A stretch of 64,000 bases of DNA from Candidatus Niyogibacteria bacterium (GTDB lineage: Bacteria; Patescibacteriota; Minisyncoccia; HO2-45-28): positions 676,944-740,943 of the forward strand of contig CP066691.1 of the NCBI GenBank assembly GCA_016432485.1, written 5' to 3'. Position 1 is the stretch's first letter. Every line of letters begins with the position of its first letter. Below the pieces are notes generated by a model. The model ran no database searches, was not told where the DNA came from, and saw only the letters and a program-made list of their open reading frames with translations. Below are positions 1 through 9,900 of the stretch, in pieces. A program made the position numbers and the translations under genes.

Positions 1-201
1 AAAACAGGCCATGAACACGGATCAAAATTAGAGTTGGTAAGATTAACCGTTCCTCGCCGGGTCTATACCAACGACCATCTGGGATATGTCGCGGAGAATA
101 TAATTAATCTCTTCAAAAAAAGAAAAACCGCGCGCGGATTAAAAATGGTTTATGAACCGAAGCAGTTAAGATTTTTCCAGGCGAAGTTTAAAAGAATATA
201 A
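1..201 (+). CDS. 3' end of tryptophanase / tyrosine phenol-lyase (PLP beta-eliminating lyase), truncated by window edge
   Basis: Manual translation of frame 1 gives KLELVRLTVPRRVYTNDH...GLKMVYEPKQLRFFQAKFKRI*, the characteristic C-terminus of the TnaA/Tpl family; not in the ORF track. Confidence 0.85.
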   Translation, partial: KTGHEHGSKLELVRLTVPRRVYTNDHLGYVAENIINLFKKRKTARGLKMVYEPKQLRFFQAKFKRI

Positions 202-279
202 AATGGATGTGGATAAGCGGGTTGACTAATTTATTCGTTTCTCTATAATTTCACTAATTAACAATAATTTTAAAAACTT

Positions 280-1083
280 ATGTCGACATCGAACAAAAAA
301 TATTTAATTATCGGCGCGCTTGCGGTTTTTTTGACCGGAACTCTTATAGTGTCAGCCAACCATTCATGGGGCGGATATCATTGGGGCAGAACCGCCAATC
401 CTTTTACGCTTGAGTTGGGAAGCAATGTTTCTGAAAAGTGGCTTGAACATTTGAATACGACTGCCGCCGATTGGAGCTTATCAGCCGTTCTTGATACGGT
501 GGTTGGCGCGGGAAAAACCAAGCCAAGAAATTGCAGAGCAACTGACGGCAGAGTTGAGGTTTGCAGCGCCTCTTACGGATTTAATGGCTGGCTTGGAATC
601 GCCCAAATTTGGATTTCTGGAGACCATATTGTAAAAGGCGCAACTAAAGTCAACGACACTTATTTTGACATGCCGGATTATAACAAGCCGGAATGGAGGA
701 ATTTGGTGATGTGCCAGGAGGTTGGGCACACATTGGGTCTTGCTCATCAAGACGAGGCGTTTGATAACCCGAATCTTGGCACCTGTATGGATTACACAAA
801 CGACCCCTTAACCAACCAGCATCCGAATCAGCATGATTATGACCAACTTGAGGCAATTTACGCGCATTTGGATAGTGTTCAGACCGTCGGTTCTTCCGAT
901 GGCGGAAGCGGGCCGGGAAAAGGCAACGGCAAGGGGAATAAATTAGGCGCCGGTATTGATTTAGATAATCCTTTAGAGTGGGGGCGGGCTGTTAAAAAAG
1001 ACGCACAGGGAAAAAATTCGCTCTTCGTTCGCGACTTGGGCCGAGGCGAGAAGGTTTTCACTTTTGTCATTTGGGCGCGCTAG
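280..1083 (+). CDS. Secreted metzincin-like zinc metalloprotease
   Basis: N-terminal hydrophobic signal; QEVGHTLGLAH (HExxHxxGxxH variant); downstream Met-turn TCMDY. Confidence 0.7.
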   Translation: MSTSNKKYLIIGALAVFLTGTLIVSANHSWGGYHWGRTANPFTLELGSNVSEKWLEHLNTTAADWSLSAVLDTVVGAGKTKPRNCRATDGRVEVCSASYGFNGWLGIAQIWISGDHIVKGATKVNDTYFDMPDYNKPEWRNLVMCQEVGHTLGLAHQDEAFDNPNLGTCMDYTNDPLTNQHPNQHDYDQLEAIYAHLDSVQTVGSSDGGSGPGKGNGKGNKLGAGIDLDNPLEWGRAVKKDAQGKNSLFVRDLGRGEKVFTFVIWAR

Positions 1084-1165
1084 GACTCTTATTTTAAGCC
1101 ATATTCAAACAGTCGGCTTTTCGTTATGATGAATAAAGAAAGCCGTAAAGCGGGAGGCGGTTTAC

Positions 1166-2038
1166 ATGAAACTCGCGCGTTGTTTGATAGTAGCTGGCGT
1201 TGCGGTTTTTTTGTCCGCGGGCTCGGCACAAGCCAGCGAAAAGCCGGAATTTTCTTTTTCATTTCTCGGTTTCCATAAAAAACTTGAAAAATACCGCCCA
1301 AAGATTGAAAAATTAAGCCGATATTATGGGATTGACCCCGATCTCGCCTTAGCCATAGCCATGTATGAATCCGGAGGAAACGAGGGGCTGGTGTCGCATG
1401 CCGGAGCGAGGGGCATTATGCAGGTTATGCCTTCCACGAAAGACAGCATGCAGCTTGATGACGACATTGAAGCCGGCATAAAGTATCTTTCGCGTCTTAA
1501 AAAAATTTTTGGCGACCAATCCTCAAAAATAATCGCGGCTTATAACGGAGGCCCGGGAGCGGTCAGGCGCGACCGATTGCGCCTTGAAACTATTCAATAT
1601 CTGCAAGGCGTTTCAATGTATCATCACCTGCTTAAACAATATAGGAAAGAAATTGATAAAGAGGCCGCGGATTTGAAAATTGTTGAAATTAAAAATGAGA
1701 CCTGGCGGGATGTCTCCATCCGTTTTCGTGTCTCCATTTTGGAACTTCGGATGTATAATCCTTTTTTGGCTCATCGCGGAGAGTTAAAGATGGGCGCGCG
1801 AGTGGTGGCGCCGAAAATATCGCGCCTCGGAATTAAAAAAGAAAATAACGAATTGATTTACATCGCGCGCTTGGGAGACGAACAGCATCTTTTGGCGAAT
1901 GTATTTGATGTTTCTTACGATGAATTTCGCAGGCGTAACCATCTTTTTCTTTACGGCGCTGTCTACCCCGGCATCGTGATACGGGCGATAGCGCGGGAAT
2001 ATCTTTTAAGCGGATGGCCCGTAAATAATAAAAAGTAA
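1166..2038 (+). CDS. SLT lytic transglycosylase with degenerate LysM-like repeats
   Basis: Signal peptide; ES (YESGG), GIMQVMP and AAYNGGPG motifs. Confidence 0.85.
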   Translation: MKLARCLIVAGVAVFLSAGSAQASEKPEFSFSFLGFHKKLEKYRPKIEKLSRYYGIDPDLALAIAMYESGGNEGLVSHAGARGIMQVMPSTKDSMQLDDDIEAGIKYLSRLKKIFGDQSSKIIAAYNGGPGAVRRDRLRLETIQYLQGVSMYHHLLKQYRKEIDKEAADLKIVEIKNETWRDVSIRFRVSILELRMYNPFLAHRGELKMGARVVAPKISRLGIKKENNELIYIARLGDEQHLLANVFDVSYDEFRRRNHLFLYGAVYPGIVIRAIAREYLLSGWPVNNKK

Positions 2039-2066
2039 AAATCCCCCGAGCGCTCGGGGGATTTTT
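2037..2066. terminator. Bidirectional intrinsic terminator
   Basis: AAAATCCCCCGAG/CTCGGGGGATTTT inverted repeat between convergent units. Confidence 0.75.
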
Positions 2067-2213
2067 GTATGGAGATGGCGGGAATTCTCTTCACCCGAAA
2101 ATTTTTGGCGCTTTCAGCGCATCAAAATTTTCTCCTTCAGAGCCAGGGTTTTCAAAAAAGCAAAGCAGTTTGCTTTTTTGAAATACCCTTCAATTCCCGC
2201 TACCGAACCATAC
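2067..2213. repeat. tmRNA 3'-end duplication plus hairpin element
   Basis: 2070-2086 identical to 2259-2275; inverted T-arm copy TTCAATTCCCGC at 2189-2200. Confidence 0.75.
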
Positions 2214-2215
2214 AG

Positions 2216-2258
2216 CAAATAAAAATCACCCCGCGCAAGGCGGGGTGATTTTTATTTG
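2216..2258 (-). terminator. tmRNA terminator
   Basis: CAAATAAAAATCACCCCG/CGGGGTGATTTTTATTTG inverted repeat directly after the tmRNA 3' end. Confidence 0.75.
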
Positions 2259-2606
2259 TGGAGATGGCGGGAATTGAACCCGCGTCAGGAAATTTCGGGC
2301 AGAAACGTTTACAGGCGTAGTCCCGTCTTATTTTCGTTTCGCAACTGAAGACGGAACAAAACATTGCGAAACTTTACTTCTTTGAGTCGTTGCAAACCGA
2401 AGCTTGTTTGAAACCAAGCCCCATAATTTTACGCTCCAAGCTCTTTATGAGGCCTCAAGAGCCGGAACGGCTTACGCTAAATTAAGCGTAGGCGAGTGCT
2501 GGTTGATAGTTTGCACTTAGAACTGCCTAGCGGATTTGCGAGGTTGCCAGGCACCCTCGGCATGAAGTTTTTTGCCTTCAAATCTCCTTCGAAGCCGGTC
2601 ATCCCC
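2259..2606 (-). ncRNA. ssrA: tmRNA, tag peptide (A)ANYQPALAYA
   Basis: 5' GGGGAUG pairs with 3' CAUCUCC including G3-U; T-arm GCGGG-UUCAAUU-CCCGC; tag ORF 2514-2482; smpB nearby; CCA not encoded. Confidence 0.95.
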
Positions 2607-2638
2607 GTCTTTATTATATACACTAAATTTTGCAATTG

Positions 2639-3682
2639 TCAAGTTAATGTTTTATTTCCCCGACGCAGCGCGTTTTCTACAATGTCCCTGATTAAATCGT
2701 TATAATCAATGCCCGCAACTTTGGCCGCATCGCCGAACTCTTCATTTAATGATATGTCGGGATTGGAATTAACTTCTAAAATATAAGGCCTTCTGTTTTC
2801 GCTGACTCGTATATCAATTCTGGCGTAATCACGACAACCGAGCAATTGAAAGGCCTTGAGCGCTATTTTTTCGAGGCGGTTTTTTAATATGGTTTCAATT
2901 TGTGCCGGAAAACGAGCTCTAGTGCCATATTCTCTTTTTGTGGAATTCCACTTTGCTTCGTATGAGAATACTTTAGGTTCTGTCGGATCCAAGCCGCTGA
3001 AATCAAGTTCTCCAATTCCAAAAATTCTTGGAGGATTGTCTACGACCACCACGGTAAACTCCCGTCCTTCAATGAATTCTTCAACCAGCGCCGGCTGCTT
3101 ATATCGCCCGTGAATGAATTGTATTTTTTCTTCCGCCTCTTGAAATGTTCCGACTACGGATTTTTTAGTGATGCCGACGCTGCCATCTTCTCTGACCGGT
3201 TTGATAATAAAAGGCGGGGTTATTGATTCAAGATTCGGTTTTTCTCCAATGGGGGCGTAAACCGATGGCGGAACCGGAATGCCCGAAGAGCGTAAAATTT
3301 GTTTGCAGCGCATCTTATTTAACGAAAGGCCCAACGGCATAGGTGGGGCGCCGGTGTAAGGCAACTTTAAAAGTTCCAGCCATCCGGCAACATACATTTC
3401 CGTTAGACTCCTGTGCGGGTGATTATGAAGAGACACACATAAATTAAAAATCACATCCGGCTGTATTTTTTCAAGCGCGGCTGTAATTTTGGAATCAGAA
3501 TTTTTTAGATTTAATGTTCGGACATTAAGCCCCGTTTTTTCCAGGGCTTGTTTTACGTCTTTAACATCCTGCACATCTTCTTGATCGTTGAGCTCGGAAT
3601 CAAAATGGTTTTCTATTTTTTGCAGTGGTTCGATGTTCGCGGCGTTGTATAAAATCAAACAAGTTTTTCCTTCAAGTCTCAC
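2639..3682 (-). CDS. D-Ala-D-Ala ligase-like ATP-grasp enzyme
   Basis: IIKP...GSVG, EEFIEGREF, ARIDIR and LEVNSNP motifs. Confidence 0.85.
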   Translation of the reverse strand: MRLEGKTCLILYNAANIEPLQKIENHFDSELNDQEDVQDVKDVKQALEKTGLNVRTLNLKNSDSKITAALEKIQPDVIFNLCVSLHNHPHRSLTEMYVAGWLELLKLPYTGAPPMPLGLSLNKMRCKQILRSSGIPVPPSVYAPIGEKPNLESITPPFIIKPVREDGSVGITKKSVVGTFQEAEEKIQFIHGRYKQPALVEEFIEGREFTVVVVDNPPRIFGIGELDFSGLDPTEPKVFSYEAKWNSTKREYGTRARFPAQIETILKNRLEKIALKAFQLLGCRDYARIDIRVSENRRPYILEVNSNPDISLNEEFGDAAKVAGIDYNDLIRDIVENALRRGNKTLT

Positions 3683-3739
3683 TATTTAATTGTAAAGTAT
3701 TTTATTTACAGTTAAAGATGTGTATAACTAAAAATTGAT

Positions 3740-4186
3740 TTATTCGTGTTTCAATTCTCTTTCAATCTTTCTTTTTGATTCGCGTTCTTTTATTTTTGCT
3801 CGTTTATCGTATTTTTTCTTTCCTCGGGCTATTCCAATTTCCATTTTCAGCACTTGTCCTTTGGCATAGATTTGTATCGGTATGACGGCGAGCCCTTTTT
3901 GTTCTGATTTTCCGGCCAGATAGTTTATTTCACTCTTTTTTAAAAGAAGTTTTCGGGTTCGCTGCGGTTCGTATTCTTTTGGCGTGTTTGCCGCCTGATA
4001 CGGTGGTATTTCCATTCCTATTATATAGGCCTCGCCCCCGCGGATTATAACGCGCGCGCCCAAAAGCGAGCCCTGTTTATTCCGCAAGGCCTTAACTTCA
4101 AATCCGCGCAATTCCAACCCCGCCTCCAGTTTTTCCAGAATCTCATAATCAAAATATGCTTTTTTGTTTTGCAATAGGCCCGTCAT
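3740..4186 (-). CDS. smpB: SsrA-binding protein
   Basis: NKKAYFDY, EAGLEL.G.EVK, RTRKLLL, ARGKKKYDKR. Confidence 0.97.
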   Translation of the reverse strand: MTGLLQNKKAYFDYEILEKLEAGLELRGFEVKALRNKQGSLLGARVIIRGGEAYIIGMEIPPYQAANTPKEYEPQRTRKLLLKKSEINYLAGKSEQKGLAVIPIQIYAKGQVLKMEIGIARGKKKYDKRAKIKERESKRKIERELKHE

Positions 4187-4232
4187 AAAAGAATTATCGC
4201 ATTTTTATCTATTTTACGATAGATTATAGGTA

Positions 4233-5804
4233 ATGCTTCGCGGGAGAATAAAAAAAGAAATTGAAAAACTTGCGCCGAAGGGGGCGGAATTTTCCATTTT
4301 TCGGCCTGAGCGTGAGGCGTTCGGCGACTATTCGTCAAATGTGGCGATGATTGCGGCTAAGGCGGAGAAAAAGAATCCGCGCGAACTTGCCGCGGATTTT
4401 AAAAAGGAACTGGAGAAATCAGGTCTTTTTAAAAAAATTGAAATCGCGGGCTCCGGATTTTTGAATTTCTGGATTACGGACGGAAAGGTTGCGGAAAGTT
4501 TTGGGCAGTTATCAAAAATTAAAGGATTGCCTAAACTCAATTTAGGCAAAAATAATAAAATTCAAATTGAATATGTCTCGGCTAATCCAACGGGCCCTCT
4601 TACGCTGGCTAATGGCCGGGGTGGTTTTTTAGGAGATGTTTTGGGTAATGTTCTGGGACTCGCCGGTTTTAAACTTGAGCGGGAATATTATGTTAATGAC
4701 ACCGGAAATCAAATAATAATTTTGGGTAAATCAATACTTGCGTCAGCCGGACTGATTCCCCGCGAGGAAATATTTTATAAAGGGGACTATGTTAAAGACT
4801 GGGCAATAAAAAATAAAACCAAAGTTAAAAAGTTTAAAGATAATTCCTTAAAACTGGGTCAAGAAGCGGCAAAGGATTTTTTGAAGTCAATTAAAAATTC
4901 TTTGGAAAAAAAAGCAAAAATAAAATTTGACCGTTGGACTTCCGAAGACAAACACATCCGCAAGAGAAATTTTGTGGAAAAAGCGCGGGCGCTTTTTGAC
5001 AAAAAAAACCTTATCTATAAAAAAGACGGCGCCGTGTGGCTGAAAACAACCGATTTTGACGACGATAAGGATAGGGTCCTTATAACTTCCGACGGCTATC
5101 CGACATATTTTTTGGCAGACTCCGGACACTATCTGGAAACTTTGTCACGAGGGTTCAAGAAAAAAATAAATATTTTGGGTCCTGACCACTACGGATATGT
5201 TGCGCGTATTCAGGCGGTTGCCGAAATTGTGGGAATGGAGGAATCCGAAATTATTGTTACCCAAACCGTGCGACTGATGAAGGGCGGAGAAGAATTTAAG
5301 ATGTCCAAACGCAAAGGGACATTTGTGGAATTTGAAGAACTGATTGATGAAATTGGGTTGGATGCTTCTCGTTGGTTTTTTTTGGAACGCTCGGCCGATA
5401 CCCACATGGACATTGATTTGGAATTTGCCAAAAAACAATCGGCGGAAAACCCCGTTTATTATGTCCAGTACGCGCACGCGCGCGCCGCTAGCATTTTAAG
5501 AAAAGCTCGCGCCGCGAGCACTCGGCCTCCAGCTTCCGTCTTCCAGCCTCAAGAACTGAGTTTTATAAAAAAACTTCTTGAGGTTGCCGATGTTTTGGAA
5601 GACACGGCGAAAGATTATCAAGTTCAGCGCCTGACCGCTTACGCCCATGAACTTGCGCAGGCGTTTTCGGCTTACTACCGAGATGTGAAGGTTTTAGGCT
5701 CGGGCGAAGATGAATCGCGCCGGCTTTTCATAGTAAAGTCCGCCAAAAATATCCTCGGTTCGCTCTTGAAGCTTCTCGGCATCTCGGCTCCGGAAAGGAT
5801 GTAA
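4233..5804 (+). CDS. argS: Arginyl-tRNA synthetase
   Basis: FGDYSSN, SANPTGP, GPDHYGY, KMSKR, YYVQYAHAR, APERM end. Confidence 0.96.
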   Translation: MLRGRIKKEIEKLAPKGAEFSIFRPEREAFGDYSSNVAMIAAKAEKKNPRELAADFKKELEKSGLFKKIEIAGSGFLNFWITDGKVAESFGQLSKIKGLPKLNLGKNNKIQIEYVSANPTGPLTLANGRGGFLGDVLGNVLGLAGFKLEREYYVNDTGNQIIILGKSILASAGLIPREEIFYKGDYVKDWAIKNKTKVKKFKDNSLKLGQEAAKDFLKSIKNSLEKKAKIKFDRWTSEDKHIRKRNFVEKARALFDKKNLIYKKDGAVWLKTTDFDDDKDRVLITSDGYPTYFLADSGHYLETLSRGFKKKINILGPDHYGYVARIQAVAEIVGMEESEIIVTQTVRLMKGGEEFKMSKRKGTFVEFEELIDEIGLDASRWFFLERSADTHMDIDLEFAKKQSAENPVYYVQYAHARAASILRKARAASTRPPASVFQPQELSFIKKLLEVADVLEDTAKDYQVQRLTAYAHELAQAFSAYYRDVKVLGSGEDESRRLFIVKSAKNILGSLLKLLGISAPERM

Positions 5805-5892
5805 TACGATTTACTTTGTTTTTTGCAAAACTATCAATAAAATTTTACATACTCTTTGGGAGGGAAGCGTCCCACAAAATCATTAAAATTAC

Positions 5893-5959
5893 ATACATCA
5901 TTTCCGTACGATCGTACAAAAATGATGTATATTGACAAAATTTGTATTCAGAGTATACT
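5893..5959 (+). promoter_or_regulatory. Sigma70-type promoter with upstream palindromic operator candidate
   Basis: TTGACA 5932-5937, 16-nt spacer, TATACT 5954-5959; inverted repeat ATACATCATTT/AAATGATGTAT at 5893-5930. Confidence 0.6.
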
Positions 5960-6116
5960 TTAAAATCATGCATTATCAATTTTGCATGGCCAATAAAGGT
6001 CTTAATAACCCGACTTTCGTCCGGGATATTTCCCGCGTTTCGAGGGAGGACCATTTGGCCAAAAGCGATTTTGTTTAATGCGAATTTAATTTAAAAATCA
6101 ACAATTAAATTTCACA

Positions 6117-6158
6117 AAGACGCCCCGGCTAAATGGAGTCGGGGCGTCTTGTTTTGTT
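6117..6158 (+). terminator. Intrinsic terminator upstream of the GNAT gene
   Basis: AAGACGCCCCGGCT/AGTCGGGGCGTCTT stem followed by a U-rich tract. Confidence 0.7.
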
Positions 6159-6187
6159 CTCTTATAACCATGGAGGAGGAAGCCAAA

Positions 6188-6907
6188 ATGGAAAATAACG
6201 CCGTATCTCTTCGCGGAAAAAAAGTTGCGCTATGTGTTCCGGATAGAATTAAACATCTTGAAAATGCCATCAAATGGATGAACGATCCGGAGGTAACCCA
6301 ATTCGTCACCACTTATTTGCCGGTAACCAGAGATTTTGAAGAGGCGTGGTTTGATAATTTGGGAAAAGAGCGCGAAAAAAACGTCGTTTTCGCGATTGAA
6401 ACCAAGGACGGCAAACACATCGGCTTTACCGGACTGCATAATATAAATTGGCACGACCGAACAGCTGTCGTCGGAGCCATAATAGGCGATAAGGAATATT
6501 GGGGCAAAGGACACGGAACAGATTCAATGATGATTTTACTTTCTTACGCTTTTCTTACTCTGGATTTAAGAAAGGTGCGCGCTTCGATTCTGGCTTTTAA
6601 TCAAAGAAGTTTGAAACACGCGATCAAATGTGGCTATCGCAAGGAAGGCGTTTCAGAAAAACAATACTATAAAAACGGAAAGTATGTTGATGAAATTTTG
6701 ATGGCCGTTTTCAAGAATAAATGGATTTTGTTTCAGAATAGGGAGTTTCGTGAAAAAGGGGAATTGACCTTTCCGCAAGATATTTGTCCGAAATGCGCTG
6801 GAAAAATGAAAAAGCTTGCGAGGCCGGTCAGTCGTTCGGAATATCGGAATTGTTGGCGCTGCGAAGATTGCGGTTTTGAGACCGAACTGACAGAGATGCA
6901 GAAATAA
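6188..6907 (+). CDS. RimJ/RimL-type GNAT acetyltransferase with C-terminal zinc ribbon
   Basis: YWGKGHGT acetyl-CoA motif; CPKC...CEDC tail; start moved to ATG 6188 after GGAGGAGG. Confidence 0.85.
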   Translation: MENNAVSLRGKKVALCVPDRIKHLENAIKWMNDPEVTQFVTTYLPVTRDFEEAWFDNLGKEREKNVVFAIETKDGKHIGFTGLHNINWHDRTAVVGAIIGDKEYWGKGHGTDSMMILLSYAFLTLDLRKVRASILAFNQRSLKHAIKCGYRKEGVSEKQYYKNGKYVDEILMAVFKNKWILFQNREFREKGELTFPQDICPKCAGKMKKLARPVSRSEYRNCWRCEDCGFETELTEMQK

Positions 6908-6963
6908 TAACTCGCGAATTAGGCGCCCTAGAAATGGGGCGCTTTTTTAGTTAAAGTAATCCT

Positions 6964-9900
6964 ATGACCGACAAGGATTCGGAACATAAAAAATCATTTT
7001 CCGAAAGTGAGAAAGAAATTTTGGAATACTGGCGGAAAAATAAAATTTTTGAAGAAACCCTTGATAAAACCGAAAAGGGCAGGCCATTCGTGTTTTACGA
7101 GGGACCCCCTTACGCCAATGGCCGGCCGGGTATTCATCACGCGCTTGCCCGCGCCTTCAAAGACGCGATTTTGCGTTTTAAGACCATGCGGGGATTTTAT
7201 GTCCGCAGGAAAGCCGGATGGGATACTCACGGATTGCCGACTGAAATGGAAGTCGAGAAAAAACTCGGTTTGGCTTCCAAAAAAGATATAGAAGAAAAAG
7301 TCGGATTGGAAAAATTCGTTGAGGAAGCCAAAAAAAGCGTGTTCGGCTACAAAGAAGAATGGGAAAGACTGACCGACCGAATGGCTTACTGGCTTGATTT
7401 AAAAAATCCGTACGTGACTATGACCAATGGCTATATTGAGTCGCTCTGGTCGGTTTTTTCCAAGATCGCGGAAAACGGATATTTGTATAAGGACTACAAG
7501 GTTTTGCCGTGGTGTCCGCGATGCGGAACCTCGCTTTCGTCGCATGAACTCGCGCAGGGTTATAAAAAGGTAAAAGACGAATCAGTGTATGTTAAATTTC
7601 CCCTCAAACAACCTAAAAGCTATTTATTGGTTTGGACGACGACTCCCTGGACTTTGCCGGGCAACATTGCTTTGGCGGTCAATCCGAAAATCGGCTACGC
7701 GACGGTTGAAAAAAACGGCGAGCGGCTGATTTTGGCTAAAAGCCGGCTTGAAGTTCTTGAAGAAGATTATAAAGAAATAAACGAACAAAAAGGCAAAGAT
7801 CTGATCGGTCTGGAATATGAGCCGCTTTATCCAATATCTAACATTAAACATTCAACATCCGATTATAAGATAGTAGAGTCGGATTTCGTAACTGCCGAAG
7901 ACGGCACCGGCATTTTGCATGTAGCTCCGGCATTCGGCAGAGAGGACCAGGAAATAGGCAAAAAAGAAAAATTGCCAACTCCGATCACGGTGGACGAAGA
8001 GGGGAAATTGAAAGCGCCCGGGTACGCTTGGGACGGCAGATATTTCAAAGACGCCAATCCGCTTATTATTGAAGATTTAAAAAACCGGCAGCTTCTTTTT
8101 AAGACCGAACTTTACGAGCACGACTATCCGTTTTGCTGGCGTTGTCAGTCGCCTCTTATTTATTTCGCGAAGAATTCGTGGTTTTTAAAAACAACGGCGG
8201 TTAAAAATCAAATGATCGCCGAAAATAAAAAAATCGGCTGGCATCCGGAGTTTATTCGCGACGGGCGATTCGGCGAGTGGCTTTCCGAAAATGTTGATTG
8301 GGCGATTTCGCGCGAGCGTTACTGGGGGACTCCCTTGCCGATATGGCAATGCAACGCGTCCGGATGCGGGCATCAGGAAATAATCGGATCGCTTGAAGAA
8401 CTGGATAAGTTCGGGACAAAAAGAACTACGCGAGTTTTTATTATGCGTCACGGCGAGGCGGATCATAATGTTAACGGCTATGTGGGGCCGGTTATAAACG
8501 GCTCCGGCCTTACCGCAAAAGGCAGAAAACAGGTTGAAAAAGAAGTCAAAAAATTGGTCAAAGAAAAAATAGACATTATAATTTCTTCCCCGTTAACTCG
8601 CGCAAAACAAACCGCAGAAATTGTGTCTAAAACATTGGGAGCAAAAATAGAGGTAAACGAAAATATTTATGATTATAACTGGGGCAAACTTCAAGGAAAA
8701 ACGGTTGCGGAAGGGAACAAATTATTTCCGCTTGAAAGGAGATTTAAAGAATCTCCGCCGGGGGGAGAGAGCATACCGGATGTTCGAGCGAGAATGATGA
8801 TGGAGTTAAGGAAAGTTGTCAAAAAGCACGGCGGCAAAAATATTTTAATTATCAGCCACGGTGATCCGATATGGATTTTGAACGCGGCGCTTGAAGGGGC
8901 TGAAGAAAAAGATTATCCGCGATTATGGTATCCGAAAACAGGCGAAGCAAAAGAACTGAAGCTTCATAATTGGCCGTATAACCGAGCCGGAGAGCTGGAT
9001 TTGCACCGGCCTTATATTGATTTGATTGATTTGGTTTGTGCCAAATGCGGAGGCGAAATGAAGCGCGTGAAAGAAGTCGCTGATGTGTGGTTTGATTCGG
9101 GCGCCGTGCCGTTTGCCCAGGACAACTTTTTATTCGGCGCGAAAGCGAAAAGGCCCAGTCAATACCCCGCCGACTATATTGCCGAGGGAGTTGATCAAAC
9201 CAGGGGCTGGTTTTATACGCTGCTTGCCGTTTCGTCTCTATTGAAATTGCCGGCGCCTTATAAAAACGTTCTGGTCTTGGGATTGGTTCTTGATGAAAAA
9301 GGCGAAAAAATGTCCAAGTCGCGAGGTAACGCGGCTGAACCGCTGACGCTTTTTGAAAAATACGGGGCGGATGCCGTCAGATGGTATTTTTACACCGTTA
9401 ATCAGCCGTGGGACGAAAAACTTTTTAAAGAATCGGACATCGCGGAGGCCTCGCGAAGATTCCTGAATATTTTTTGGAACTCGTTTGTGTATTGGAGGAC
9501 TTATAAAGACAAGGGGAGTGTCCTGAAAAAAAAGCCGAGGCTTCTTATAAATAAATGGCTGGACATCAGATTAAACCAGGTTGGATACGACGCGACTGAA
9601 GCGCTTGAAAAATTTGACATTGTTCGCGCCGCGCGGATGATTGAAAACTTCGTGGCTGAAGATTTGTCGCGCTGGTATATCAGGCGGATAAGAGACGCCA
9701 TCAGATTCGGCTCAAAGCCCGAGAAAAAAGAGATAAGCGATATTTTTGGCCTTGCTTTGCGCGAGGTTTCAAAATTAGCGGCTCCTTTTATTCCCTTTTT
9801 GACAGACAGGATGTTTTTAGAAGTTATGAAAAACGGCAGTATTCATTTGGAAAAATGGACTAAATTCAAAAAACCGTCAGTATCCGAAAAAAAACTGGTT

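Noticed and set aside
208-216. Perfect DnaA box (TGTGGATAA) as a sign of oriC
   Set aside because: Single box, no cluster and no dnaA/dnaN nearby
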